From an uncultured Pseudobdellovibrionaceae bacterium (GTDB lineage: Bacteria; Bdellovibrionota; Bdellovibrionia; Bdellovibrionales; UBA1609): a stretch of 64,000 bases of DNA. Below are positions 46,888 through 57,024 of this stretch, one piece after another. The stretch spans positions 24,295 through 88,294 of the forward strand of contig CAZCYD010000007.1 in NCBI GenBank assembly GCA_964502735.1, read 5' to 3'. The first letter of the stretch is position 1; each line of letters begins with the position of its first letter. Under the pieces are notes generated by a model that was given only the letters and a program-made list of their open reading frames with translations, was not told where the DNA came from and did no database searches. Position numbers and translations under genes: made by a program.

Positions 46888-47331
46888 ATGAAAATGTTGT
46901 ATTCAACTGTTTTACTACTATCATTTGCTTTCCATAACATTGCTCAAGCTGTTAATAATTGCACAGGAGCTCTTTCTCCAGCCTCTAAGATTGAATCAGA
47001 GACTTCCCGTAATTTCGAGTTGGTATCAAGTTCTAATGGGGTGTATGAGACTTTGTTGGGGAGCGATAAATTTCCAGTGGTCCTAGATACGAATCAAGGT
47101 GTAATCCGTTTGGGTGCAAACGAGGAGAGTGTTTTTATAGCTAACAAGGAAGTGCATGTTCCATTTGCAGAAGGGGACGGACTAAAGAGAATAACCTACA
47201 GTGTAGTGAGGCCGGGACCTTACTACGATACGGAAGTTAATGTTTATAAGGTGATGTTGAGAGAGAACGCTGATGGTTCACGGGAAGTCGTTGATGTTAA
47301 GCGGATGTCCGTTTTTGTAGAGCTTTGGTAA
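46888..47331 (+). CDS. Hypothetical small secreted protein
   Basis: ATG 46888 follows an AAGGAG site and gives signal peptide MKMLYSTVLLLSFAFHNIAQA. It has no recognisable motif. Confidence 0.5.
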   Translation: MKMLYSTVLLLSFAFHNIAQAVNNCTGALSPASKIESETSRNFELVSSSNGVYETLLGSDKFPVVLDTNQGVIRLGANEESVFIANKEVHVPFAEGDGLKRITYSVVRPGPYYDTEVNVYKVMLRENADGSREVVDVKRMSVFVELW

Positions 47332-47437
47332 TATGGGTCTATAGTAAAATGTGAGGATTTTTAAAATTCAATAAGAGACGAGTTCTATATATAAAGGATG
47401 TGATGAATAGGTTGTCATTACCTGTGTTATTGGCGAC

Positions 47438-48073
47438 TCAGTTTTGCAAGTAACTCTCTCTTAGTCGTTGCAGTCGGCTTCTTAAAGAATTGTCAGATTC
47501 AATTTCATCTAACTCAATTGCCGTATGTAAATGAAAATATTGCTGTGTTTGTGTTGAAGGAGAAAGGCGACTCGCCGTTTTCAAGTTTTCAGTATGGGTG
47601 TCATTATCAATTGAGAACTCGATAACTTCATTAAATTTAAGGGCAAAATCGTTAATTTGGCGCAGTATGGATAAACAATTTTTGAGAGAGTAGTTTGTGG
47701 TTTTTGGGTTGTGTTGATTTTGAATATTGGTGTTGAAAATATAGGTTTTTCGACCATGGGCGAGTACGTTTTGAGCTAAGTTATTTCCTAGTACCGGAGC
47801 CATAACAATGTTGAAATCATGGCTAGTTCGGCTTTTACACAAAATTTGTGCGGAAAAATCTTTAATCATGTGGTTGTTTTCATCTAAAAGAATAAGAAGT
47901 AAACCCATGTGTTCATCAATAAAGATAGTTTGTCCAACTTTTATGCTTGTGACATTTTTTGGCATTTCTGACCCAGGTTTTGCGATTTCTGAAGAGTTGG
48001 CAAATGCGGTCTGTAGAGTTGTGACTATCCAAAGTAGTTGAATTTTTATCAGAAATTTAAAAATCTTTTTCAT
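47438..48073 (-). CDS. Hypothetical secreted protein
   Basis: It has signal peptide MKKIFKFLIKIQLLWIVTTLQTAFA and no recognisable motif. Confidence 0.5.
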   Translation of the reverse strand: MKKIFKFLIKIQLLWIVTTLQTAFANSSEIAKPGSEMPKNVTSIKVGQTIFIDEHMGLLLILLDENNHMIKDFSAQILCKSRTSHDFNIVMAPVLGNNLAQNVLAHGRKTYIFNTNIQNQHNPKTTNYSLKNCLSILRQINDFALKFNEVIEFSIDNDTHTENLKTASRLSPSTQTQQYFHLHTAIELDEIESDNSLRSRLQRLRESYLQN

Positions 48074-48230
48074 AATCTCCTCTAGGTTTACTCCTTTCAG
48101 AGCAGTTATGATGCCAAAAAAACTGATGTGAAATCCAGAGCCTCGCGGAATTTAACCCCTTCAGCAATTTCCTAGTAGTGTTTAATCTTGGGTTGACATT
48201 TTTGTATACCCGAGGGGATTTCAAACCATT

Positions 48231-49199
48231 TCAAGAAGATAGGTTTTCACAAATAGCAATAATGTCGCGTGGAGGTGGTTGAACGGGGTTACCCTTAGAG
48301 TCTCTTTCTACGTACTTAGGGAAGAGCGCATAGCCGTTGACTGGAGATCTAAATTCTTCACCAGAGTTCAGGTGCCCAAGTAATTGTTGTTTATTTACAG
48401 GACTCAAATTTTTCCAGCCAGGCAACAGATGACAGCGAGGTCCATCAAAGGGTTGATAGTGGGTGATGTGCAACCACTCAGGTTGAAAGAAAAGACTGTC
48501 GTCTAGAGAATCTATATTCTTCGATCCTTCGAGGTTAAGGCCAATACTCATAATTTGTTCGAGAGCCTTTGAGCAAAGTTGATCCACAGAATTGCCAAAC
48601 CCCTTTTGAGAAAACTCTATTGTGATTGCGGGTTTTCCCTTTCGAAAGGCATAAGTTGTAGCTGTTGAGTAAGTATCCATTTCGATTCTTTTTAGAATCC
48701 CCTTTTTTGCCACATTTATACACCTGGCAAACTTTTTATTGATAGGAGTGTCGCTAAGAACATAAAAGGCTTCTACCGTCGGTTCTATCGTTTGGTGTAA
48801 GTCTATAAAAAGATCGCAAGAGTCGATGAGAGAGCAGAGTTCTTTAGCTCGAAGGGCTTCATCCGCTTGAATGTTGTAGTCGCCAAAATGGCGATTCATA
48901 TCGACTTCGACATATCTAACTCCTTTCTCCATAGCTTTGATGTTGCCAAGGCTGACGGTGAGCTGTCCTGGGTAGATTTTAGTTTGTAGGGCAAACGCGT
49001 CGAGCATATTAAAAAGGGCGGGCAGGCTTCCTATTTCGTCTCCATGAACGCAGGAGGAAATGTAAATATGAGGAAGATTTGAGTTGCCGCCGTTAAAAGT
49101 TACGCTGTGTGGAATAGGGCCAGGGTGAGTGAGATATAATTGTTCAAATTTCTGGATGTATTCTTTGACTCTTGCAACTTCGGTATTCATAGAGTCCAT
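48231..49199 (-). CDS. Succinylglutamate desuccinylase / aspartoacylase (AstE/AspA) family zinc hydrolase
   Basis: It has an N-terminal zinc-binding motif SSCVHGDEIGS and a later DLHQT. The length is 322 aa. Confidence 0.7.
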   Translation of the reverse strand: MDSMNTEVARVKEYIQKFEQLYLTHPGPIPHSVTFNGGNSNLPHIYISSCVHGDEIGSLPALFNMLDAFALQTKIYPGQLTVSLGNIKAMEKGVRYVEVDMNRHFGDYNIQADEALRAKELCSLIDSCDLFIDLHQTIEPTVEAFYVLSDTPINKKFARCINVAKKGILKRIEMDTYSTATTYAFRKGKPAITIEFSQKGFGNSVDQLCSKALEQIMSIGLNLEGSKNIDSLDDSLFFQPEWLHITHYQPFDGPRCHLLPGWKNLSPVNKQQLLGHLNSGEEFRSPVNGYALFPKYVERDSKGNPVQPPPRDIIAICENLSS

Positions 49200-49217
49200 A
49201 ATACGGAAAGGTGAGTG

Positions 49218-49247
49218 AAAAAATCAAGCCCGCATCCGTGCGGGCTT
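49218..49247 (-). terminator. Rho-independent terminator downstream of the S8 protease gene
   Basis: On the minus strand, a 9-bp GC-rich hairpin AAGCCCGCA-cgga-TGCGGGCTT (49226-49247) is followed by a T6 run (A6 at 49218-49223 on the plus strand). Confidence 0.8.
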
Positions 49248-49279
49248 GTTGTGGGGCAAAATAAATTATTTCGGCATTG

Positions 49280-50701
49280 TTACTGTTGCATTAGAGACTT
49301 AACGTCGAGCTTTCCACCTGAGACGAGTTTATTGCTGAGGTTGGAAACTTTGGCTGCTGAGCCAAGTATGGCATCTTTAACTTCTCTCCACGAAGCCTGG
49401 GGGTGTTTAGACCAGTACAGGGCCGCAGCTCCAGCAACGTGTGGAGTGGCCATTGAGGTGCCGTCCCAAGTGGCAAGAAAAGGCACGACGGAATCGGAAT
49501 ATTTTCCGCCAACAGTTGTAGAAAAGACTTTTACACCCGGGGCTGCAATATCTACAGTGCTACGTCCCCAATTTGAGAAGGACCCAAGTCGGTCTTGGAT
49601 GTCAATGGCAGCGACACTAATGATGCTGTCGTGGGGGTAGCTTGCTGGGTAGGCTGGACGACTGTCCTTATCGTTGTCATAGCCAACACCTTGGTGCCCA
49701 TTTCCTGCAGCGGCAATAAAAAGGCGTCCATGCTGTTCAGAATAAGTAATAGCATCACGGAGAGCTTGGTTGCCATCGGGATCATCTGGATCTTCTCCCG
49801 TTGAGCCCCATGAGTTGGAGGATATTTGGGCACCATTATCGACAGCGTACTTGATGGACTTAATTGCGTTGGCTGTAGTCCCGTAGCCCTCTGTGGAGAT
49901 GAATTTCAGAACCATAATTTTTACATTTGGAGCCACGCCAGCAATACCAATTCCATTCTCTCCTCGAGCCGCCACATTCCCAGCGCAGTGTGTTCCGTGA
50001 CCGGGATTACCTCCTTGAAAAATGTTTCCGGGAAGATCATAAGGTTTATTGTCATTATCGGCAAAATCCCAACCAATTATGTCATCGACATAGCCATTCT
50101 TATCATCATCAATTAGATTTTCAGGAATTTCGTTGGCGTTTCTCCAAAGATTAGGTGCTAGATCTTCATGGGTGTAGTCAACACCAGTATCAATAACGGC
50201 TACAATCATATCTTCACTGCCCCGAGTGGTGTTCCAAGCGTTTTTGACTCCGATATCATTCATTCCCCATTGTTTAGAGAATAAGGGGTCAGCGCCTTGG
50301 CCAATTTTGGAGCTTTCAGAGGGGATGTCGGGATTGTCTTTGGCACTGGTCCGTTCAGTTTGATTTTTACGGTTTGGAGTCAAGCGCAGAGAGGGGTTGT
50401 CAAACAGTCTAATTTTATAGTTGGGTTGCGTGGTTAGCACTCCACTCATTATTTTCATATGTCCATGGAGAGAGGCCATCTTTTCTTTTGAAGCGCGAAC
50501 TAGCATCCAGTTGTTTAGGCCGAGATCTTCAAAGGTTACATCTTCTTGGTTGGAGCCGGAGAACATTTGAACTTGATGCTGAAAGGCTTCTTTAAACTCC
50601 GGTGTTACCTTAATGAGCAGCTCGTCCATGGGCTTGGTCTGAGCCGAGGCCAAGTTGGCCAGAAAAGTAAGTGATATAAATAAACATGAAATAGGTTTCA
50701 C
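49280..50701 (-). CDS. Secreted subtilisin-family (S8) serine protease
   Basis: The catalytic triad motifs are VAVIDTGVDYTHEDL, HGTHCAGNVAA and GTSMATPHVAGAAAL. GTG 50701 is preceded by AAGGAGG and yields signal peptide MKPISCLFISLTFLANLASA. The ORF is open to 50848. Confidence 0.9.
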   Translation of the reverse strand: MKPISCLFISLTFLANLASAQTKPMDELLIKVTPEFKEAFQHQVQMFSGSNQEDVTFEDLGLNNWMLVRASKEKMASLHGHMKIMSGVLTTQPNYKIRLFDNPSLRLTPNRKNQTERTSAKDNPDIPSESSKIGQGADPLFSKQWGMNDIGVKNAWNTTRGSEDMIVAVIDTGVDYTHEDLAPNLWRNANEIPENLIDDDKNGYVDDIIGWDFADNDNKPYDLPGNIFQGGNPGHGTHCAGNVAARGENGIGIAGVAPNVKIMVLKFISTEGYGTTANAIKSIKYAVDNGAQISSNSWGSTGEDPDDPDGNQALRDAITYSEQHGRLFIAAAGNGHQGVGYDNDKDSRPAYPASYPHDSIISVAAIDIQDRLGSFSNWGRSTVDIAAPGVKVFSTTVGGKYSDSVVPFLATWDGTSMATPHVAGAAALYWSKHPQASWREVKDAILGSAAKVSNLSNKLVSGGKLDVKSLMQQ

Positions 50702-51517
50702 GGTTCCCTCCTTGGTGTGAAAAAAATCAATCAAAAAACCGGCGTCCACAACAATACTTCGTTGGGGATGGTTTTTAGCCAATTTGGCGGTGAGTTTAGC
50801 CAACTTGGAATTTGTGGAAATTGTAGCGAGACAAAGGGGTAGTTCCAAGTTGAAACCAGTTTATTTTGTCAAAAGCTGTTTATTAATAGATATTTTTATA
50901 AAAATTGCGCCAAGCATTATGCGTTTCGCCGTTAAATTGATTAATTATTCAGCAAAATTCAGCTTCGGTAGTTTTTTAAATGGGAACTTTATGTGAGTTT
51001 ATCTTCATCTCTGATCGAAGCTAAAACAATAAAAGGGAACTTTACGGCCAGCTAAGAACTTTAAGTTTGAGAATATTTTTGATGAACCTTTAGAGGAGAA
51101 ATAGGCAAAAATCTAGGTTTAAACCACGCACTTTGGGCTCTTCTAAGAGGGTTTAAGCAAGAGGGGTGTGGGAGGGTATTTTTAAAGAGAACCTTAAAAC
51201 TAACGTATGAGTTTTTCCTCTGTCTGGATGAGCTTTGCAAGAGCGACATAGGAGCGACATAGATTGACTGTGTGAGCATTTTCTGGAAATTTTAGGGGGC
51301 TGATAAAAAAAGACCAACTGGCGGAGTTGGGAGCGTAAAACCTCAATCCAATTTACCTAACAGTTTGTGCGGTTTTGTTGTAGAATTACCCGACTATCTG
51401 CGCTGGGTGTATACGCACGAGAACAATTTTATCAGCGTGTTAAAGATGTTTTAAACTGAACTCATTAGCAATGAAAACGAAAGTTTAATAAAAGTTAATG
51501 ATTGATATGGAGGCCTA

Positions 51518-52042
51518 ATGGCGCAATCCGTAGATAGGGAGCTGGTTGAAACCAGTCACTCGTTTGCATTTACAACTCAGCTGGATAAGATTGTGGCTTG
51601 GGGGCGTAAAAATTCTTTGTGGCCGATGCCTTACGGAACAGCCTGTTGTGGTATTGAAATGATGTCAATAATGGGGCCGAAGTATGATCTGGCCCGTTTT
51701 GGGGCTGAAGTGGTTAGGTTTTCTCCTCGCCAGGCAGACCTTTTGTTGGTAGCGGGAACTATTACTGAAAAGATGGCTCCTATTATCACTAGAATTTATG
51801 AGCAAATGCTAGAGCCCAAATATGTGATTGCGATGGGGGCCTGTGCAAGCTCTGGTGGTTTCTATCGAGCCTACCACGTGCTTCAAGGGGTAGACAAAGT
51901 GATTCCAACGGATGTTTATGTTCCGGGTTGCCCTCCCACGCCAGAAGCTGTTTTGGATGGAGTTATGTTGTTGCAAAAAATGATAGCTGAAAATGCTCCA
52001 AGACCTTGGAGAGACAATTGGAAGGCCGGGGTGTACAGATGA
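51518..52042 (+). CDS. nuoB: NADH-quinone oxidoreductase subunit B
   Basis: Motifs are [15 protein letters not shown] and VPGCPP (N2 cluster ligands). Confidence 0.95.
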   Translation: MAQSVDRELVETSHSFAFTTQLDKIVAWGRKNSLWPMPYGTACCGIEMMSIMGPKYDLARFGAEVVRFSPRQADLLLVAGTITEKMAPIITRIYEQMLEPKYVIAMGACASSGGFYRAYHVLQGVDKVIPTDVYVPGCPPTPEAVLDGVMLLQKMIAENAPRPWRDNWKAGVYR

Positions 52043-53718
52043 GCACTTTAGAGTTGTTAAGATCGGATCTTTCGCAAAAGTTTCCCCATAAAGAATTTAT
52101 TTTTTCAAATAATTTAGGAGCAGATGTTATAGAGGCACCTAAAGAAGAAGTTCGCAATATACTTCAGCATTTTAAAGACAATCAAACTTTTGATTTTTTA
52201 ATGTGTATAGGTGGTGTGGACTACCCTGATAGAGAAAAAAGGTTTGAAGTTGTTTACGAAATGTTTGCCTGTAGAGATGCCCGTCGATTGAGAATAAAAG
52301 CTCGAGTGGGTGAGGGGGAGTCTCTCCCTTCTGTAGTCTCTGTTTGGAAGGGCGCAAATTGGTTTGAGCGCGAAATCTATGACATGTTCGGCATTAAATT
52401 TGATGGCCACCCAAATTTAACAAGGCTTTTGACTCACCATCAGTTTGTTGGACACCCACTTAGAAAAGATTACCGTTCGGATCATCAACAGCACTGTACA
52501 GAGCCAATGCCCATTCATTTTGAAGATGAATTGAATTATAAACCAGATCCAAATAAGAATTTAATACCTCTCAATATCGGCCCTTCTCACCCGGCTACTC
52601 ATGGAACACTAAGGATAATGGCGGAGTTGGACGGTGAGACCATTCGTCGTGCGAATGTAGAAATTGGTTATCTTCACCGCTGTTTTGAAAAAATGGCGGA
52701 AACACATCCTTACAACCAGGTTATTCCCTATACAGATAGGCTTAACTATTGTTCGGCTCCAATGAACAACGTGGGTTATTGCAAGGCGGTTGAAAAACTT
52801 TTGGGAGTAGAAATACCTCCTAGAGCTCAGGCAATGAGAATTATCCTTTCTGAGCTTTCTCGCGTTATTGACCATATTGTTTGTATTGCCGCAAATGCTG
52901 TAGACTTGGGAGCCTTGACTGGCTTTTTTCATCTTTTTACCTATCGTGAAAAAGTGTACAACTTATTTGAAAAGCTTTGTGGTGCAAGACTAACAGTTTC
53001 TTTGACTCGAGTTGGAGGCATGGCTCAAGAAGCCCCTGAGGGCTGGTTTGATGACGTTTTAACTTTTGTGAGCGAGATGCGAGTTGGTATTGGGGAAATT
53101 GAAAGACTTCTTTCTGGCAATAAGATTTGGATAGAAAGAACTCAAGGGGTTGGCAAAATCTCAGCTGAAGAGGCAATTCAATGGGGGTACACAGGGCCTT
53201 GTTTGCGAGCTGCAGGGGTGAGTTTAGACCTCAGAAAAACCGATCCTTATTACGGCTACGAAACATTAGACTTTGATGTTCCTGTAGGGACTAGTGGTGA
53301 TGTATTTGATCGTTATCTCGTTAGAGTCGAGGAGATGAAACAGTCTCTTAGAATAATTGAACAAGTTTGCAAAAGCGTTCCTGGCGGAGATTATACAATT
53401 CGAGATAAGAGTATTGTTCTTCCTGAGAAAAAAGATGTTTATGGAAACATAGAAGGGCTGATGAATCATTTTATGCTAATAATAAATGGTTTGCGTCCAC
53501 CTAAGGGTGAAGTCTACGATGCTACTGAGGCGGCAAATGGTGAATTGGGTTTTTATCTTGTGAGTGACGGGAGTGGCAACCCCTATAGACTAAAGGTTCG
53601 CCCCCCTTGTTTTGCGATTTACCAGTCGATGTCAACACAAATCACTGGAACATTGGTCGCCGATGTTATTGCTATTCTAGGTAGTATGAATGTTATAGCT
53701 GGTGAATTGGATAGATAG
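52039..53718 (+). CDS. nuoCD: NADH-quinone oxidoreductase fused subunit C/D
   Basis: The NuoC part is [20 protein letters not shown]. The NuoD part is [15 protein letters not shown] ... [21 protein letters not shown]. There is an ATGA overlap with nuoB. Confidence 0.95.
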   Translation: MSTLELLRSDLSQKFPHKEFIFSNNLGADVIEAPKEEVRNILQHFKDNQTFDFLMCIGGVDYPDREKRFEVVYEMFACRDARRLRIKARVGEGESLPSVVSVWKGANWFEREIYDMFGIKFDGHPNLTRLLTHHQFVGHPLRKDYRSDHQQHCTEPMPIHFEDELNYKPDPNKNLIPLNIGPSHPATHGTLRIMAELDGETIRRANVEIGYLHRCFEKMAETHPYNQVIPYTDRLNYCSAPMNNVGYCKAVEKLLGVEIPPRAQAMRIILSELSRVIDHIVCIAANAVDLGALTGFFHLFTYREKVYNLFEKLCGARLTVSLTRVGGMAQEAPEGWFDDVLTFVSEMRVGIGEIERLLSGNKIWIERTQGVGKISAEEAIQWGYTGPCLRAAGVSLDLRKTDPYYGYETLDFDVPVGTSGDVFDRYLVRVEEMKQSLRIIEQVCKSVPGGDYTIRDKSIVLPEKKDVYGNIEGLMNHFMLIINGLRPPKGEVYDATEAANGELGFYLVSDGSGNPYRLKVRPPCFAIYQSMSTQITGTLVADVIAILGSMNVIAGELDR

Positions 53719-53728
53719 GAGTTCTAAT

Positions 53729-54211
53729 ATGTTTAGTTTGTCAGAAGAGGGTTTAGCCTTCGTTAAAAAAGAACTTCAACGTTACGAAACCAGGCGCTCC
53801 GCAATTATTCCGTGTTTGTATAAGGTGCAGGAGGAAAACGGAGGCTGGATAAGTTCAGAGTGTATCTCCTACCTCAGCGAAGTTATGGAGCTTCCTGAAG
53901 CTTGGATCAATGAAGTCTTTCATTTTTATACAATGTTTAACAAAGAACCAGTTGGAAAGTTTCATGTACAGGTTTGCAACAACATTACTTGCTGTATGTT
54001 GGGTGCGCGTGAACTCACCGATCATATTTGCAAAACCTTTGAAGTTAAGCCAGGACAGATCAGCCATGATAAAATGGTGACGGTGACTAAGGTTGAATGT
54101 TTAGGGTCGTGTGGAACCGCGCCAATGATGCAAATTAACGACAGCTATTATGAAAATCTTAATGAAGATAAGGCCGTACAAATTATTAAGGATCTGATAA
54201 ATGGAAATTAA
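53729..54211 (+). CDS. nuoE: NADH-quinone oxidoreductase subunit E
   Basis: The 2Fe-2S ligands are VCNNITCCMLG ... ECLGSCGTAP. An AGGAG ribosome-binding site precedes ATG 53729. Confidence 0.9.
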   Translation: MFSLSEEGLAFVKKELQRYETRRSAIIPCLYKVQEENGGWISSECISYLSEVMELPEAWINEVFHFYTMFNKEPVGKFHVQVCNNITCCMLGARELTDHICKTFEVKPGQISHDKMVTVTKVECLGSCGTAPMMQINDSYYENLNEDKAVQIIKDLINGN

Positions 54212-55481
54212 GCTATTAACAGAACACTACGACAAGGAAGAGTTTCGCTCTCTTTCTGGCTACAAAAAGCATGGAGGCTACGAGCCTTTAAAGAAAGCTT
54301 TTAAAATGAAGTCAGATGAAATCATTGCTGAAGTTAAAGACTCAGGCTTACGTGGGCGAGGTGGAGCAGGATTTCCAACGGGGATGAAGTGGAGTTTTTT
54401 ACCAAAAAATGGAGAGCCTCGGTATCTTCTCTGCAATGCTGATGAGGGTGAGCCGGGCACATTTAAGGATCGTTTGATGATGGAGAGGGCTCCACATCAG
54501 CTAATTGAGGGCATGATAATTTCGGCCTATGCGATTCAGAGCCACAAAGGTTATATATATGTCCGAGGCGAGTATGACGATTCTATACGTATTTTGGGAG
54601 CGGCCATTGATGAAGCCTATGGTGCGGGGTTGCTGGGTAAAAATATTTTAGGTTCAGGTTTTGATTTTGATCTTGATGTTTATCGTGGGGCCGGAGCCTA
54701 TATCTGCGGAGAAGAGACGGGTATGATTTCTTCTTTGGAGGGCAAAAAAGGCCAACCTAAATTAAAACCTCCATTTCCTGCTGTACAGGGTTATCTAGGG
54801 AAACCGACAATTGTAAATAATGTGGAAACGCTTGCGGCTGTAAAGTATATTGTTCGAGATGGTGCCTCTGCATACAGAAAATATGGAACAGAAAAATCTG
54901 CAGGCACTAAGCTGTTCTCTGTTAGTGGAAATATAAATAAGCCAGGAACCTACGAGGTTCCTCTTGGGTATCCACTTATGGATCTCATAAACAATGAATG
55001 TGGTGGGATGAAAGGCGGAAGAAAGCTAAAAGCCGTCATACCAGGGGGATCTTCTGCGCCGATCTTAACGGCTGAAGAAGTGGCTAAGACAACTATGGAT
55101 TATGAGTGCTTGGCCCAAATGGGTTCGATGTTGGGTAGTGGTGCGGTTATCGTGATGGACGATTCTAACTGTATGGTAGATATGTTGAAAGTAACTTTAC
55201 ATTTTTATCATCATGAATCTTGTGGCCAGTGTACGCCCTGCAGAGAAGGTACAGGTTGGATTCATAAGATTGTGAGTAGTATCGTAAATGGAGAGGGGCG
55301 GTTGCAGGATATAGATTTATTAGAAAAAATATCTAAGCAAATGATGGGAAGAACTATTTGCGCCCTGTCTGATGCGGCGGCCATGCCAACTCTTGGATTT
55401 ATTTTAAAATTTAGGGATGAGTTTGAATTCTACGTGCGTGAGGGTCGATCAAGGGTTAGAGAGGTGATGGTCAATGCCTAA
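54201..55481 (+). CDS. nuoF: NADH-quinone oxidoreductase subunit F
   Basis: It has the FMN/NADH site GRGGAGFPTGMKW and GEPGTFKDR, plus the 4Fe-4S motif ESCGQCTPCREG. Confidence 0.95.
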   Translation: MEIKLLTEHYDKEEFRSLSGYKKHGGYEPLKKAFKMKSDEIIAEVKDSGLRGRGGAGFPTGMKWSFLPKNGEPRYLLCNADEGEPGTFKDRLMMERAPHQLIEGMIISAYAIQSHKGYIYVRGEYDDSIRILGAAIDEAYGAGLLGKNILGSGFDFDLDVYRGAGAYICGEETGMISSLEGKKGQPKLKPPFPAVQGYLGKPTIVNNVETLAAVKYIVRDGASAYRKYGTEKSAGTKLFSVSGNINKPGTYEVPLGYPLMDLINNECGGMKGGRKLKAVIPGGSSAPILTAEEVAKTTMDYECLAQMGSMLGSGAVIVMDDSNCMVDMLKVTLHFYHHESCGQCTPCREGTGWIHKIVSSIVNGEGRLQDIDLLEKISKQMMGRTICALSDAAAMPTLGFILKFRDEFEFYVREGRSRVREVMVNA

Positions 55482-57024
55482 AATTACAATCAATGGACAG
55501 AATATTGAAGTGGCTGAAGGAACGACAGTTATAGAAGCCTATAAAAAGCTTGAAGAACCGATTGCTCATTATTGTTGGCATCCAGGCTTATCAATTGCTG
55601 GAGTTTGTCGCTTGTGCATGATTGAAATTGATGGCAATCCACGCCTTCAAATTGCCTGTAATACAGTTGTTCAAGATGGAATGGTCATTAATAACAACTC
55701 CGAAAAGGTTAAAAACACTGTTAAGTGGGGTTTAGATTTTCATTTAATTAACCATCCCCTTGATTGTCCCATATGTGATCAGGCGGGTGAGTGTGAATTG
55801 CAGAATCAATACATGGAGTTCGGAAAGTACGACTCAGAAATGGCTGAAAAAAAGGTCAAAAAAAGAAAGGTCGTCGATCTTGGTGAGAGAATTGTTTTAG
55901 ATACGGAGAGATGTATTCTTTGTTCGCGTTGCGTACGTTTTACCAAAGAGGTCTCTCAAACTAATGAACTTGGAATTTTTGATCGCGGTGATCGAAGCGA
56001 GGTAGGAACCTTTGAGGATAAGCCTTTAAACAATAAATATTCAATTAATACTGTTGATATTTGTCCAGTTGGTGCTTTGACCTCTAAGGACTTCAGATTC
56101 AAACAAAGGGTTTGGTATTTAAAAGATAAGCCGTCCATCTGTACGGGCTGTTCAACTGGCTGTAGTGTACAAGTGTACTACAATGAAGAGGGAGTTTTTA
56201 GGATTAAACCTCGTTACAATCCTGACGTTAATGGCTATTGGATGTGCGATGAGGGGCGCGATATTTACAAGCATATGAATAAAAATACTCGTATGGTTCG
56301 AGGTCGTTTTAAATCGGGCGAGGCTTGGGCTCATCGCTCGGCCTTAGAAGTGGCAACAATGGCTGGAGAAAAGATTAAAAGTTATAAGGGTGAAGAAATT
56401 GCCGTTATTTTAACAGCACAACACACAAATGAAGAGATTGAGTCCCTAGTGAAGGTGGCCAAGGAAGAGTGGAACTGCAGTCACTTTTACCACTGGAATA
56501 ATAACCCTGAGAATATGGACGAATTTGATGGCTTATTGATACGTGGGGATAAGAATCCCAATACAAAAGGTTTATTAAATGTACTGTCTAAATATGGAGT
56601 TGAAGGGTCAGATCTAAAAAATATAGAAGGCCGGTTGAGTGCCTTTAGGGCTGTGATTGTTGCCGGGCCTGAAAATATGTCTGTATATCCTGATTTCAAA
56701 AAATGGATTGAAAAACTGGCGAATGTTGAAACAGTAGTTTGGATGACGGCAGGAGAAAATCCTCACTTTGATTCTTTTAAAAAGGGGTCCTACCTCATTC
56801 CGCAAAAGGTTTCTATAGAAAAAGCAGGACATTACACTAACTTTCAGGGGAAAACTCAAAAAATTGAGCCTGTAGCCATACTACTTAAAAACTCGTTGAC
56901 TTTGACTGAGACTGTAGAAGCTATGCGCGGTAGTATGGCTCAAGATCTTTGTAACGAGGTCGAAGAGTCAGCCGGCTATATGAAAACAAACTACTTTACT
57001 CGAGAGAGTGGGAGGTCTTTGTGA
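55474..57024 (+). CDS. nuoG: NADH-quinone oxidoreductase subunit G (short form, 516 aa)
   Basis: Cluster motifs are 2Fe-2S CWHPGLSIAGVCRLC, the His-ligated cluster HPLDCPICDQAGEC, and CILCSRCVRF...DICPVGA. The C-terminal molybdopterin-like domain is shortened. Confidence 0.9.
   Translation: MPKITINGQNIEVAEGTTVIEAYKKLEEPIAHYCWHPGLSIAGVCRLCMIEIDGNPRLQIACNTVVQDGMVINNNSEKVKNTVKWGLDFHLINHPLDCPICDQAGECELQNQYMEFGKYDSEMAEKKVKKRKVVDLGERIVLDTERCILCSRCVRFTKEVSQTNELGIFDRGDRSEVGTFEDKPLNNKYSINTVDICPVGALTSKDFRFKQRVWYLKDKPSICTGCSTGCSVQVYYNEEGVFRIKPRYNPDVNGYWMCDEGRDIYKHMNKNTRMVRGRFKSGEAWAHRSALEVATMAGEKIKSYKGEEIAVILTAQHTNEEIESLVKVAKEEWNCSHFYHWNNNPENMDEFDGLLIRGDKNPNTKGLLNVLSKYGVEGSDLKNIEGRLSAFRAVIVAGPENMSVYPDFKKWIEKLANVETVVWMTAGENPHFDSFKKGSYLIPQKVSIEKAGHYTNFQGKTQKIEPVAILLKNSLTLTETVEAMRGSMAQDLCNEVEESAGYMKTNYFTRESGRSL

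Noticed and set aside
46701-46940. A 79-aa hydrophobic minus-strand ORF as a small membrane protein.
   Set aside because: It overlaps the start and ribosome-binding site of the plus-strand secreted-protein gene. It is made of AT-rich Phe/Leu/Ile codons and has no ribosome-binding site.
50784-51279. ORFs 50784-50996 (+) and 51061-51279 (-) as a missing nuoA or other small genes upstream of nuoB.
   Set aside because: Neither has the three-TM NuoA pattern, a ribosome-binding site or plausible composition. They lie in repeat-rich non-coding DNA.
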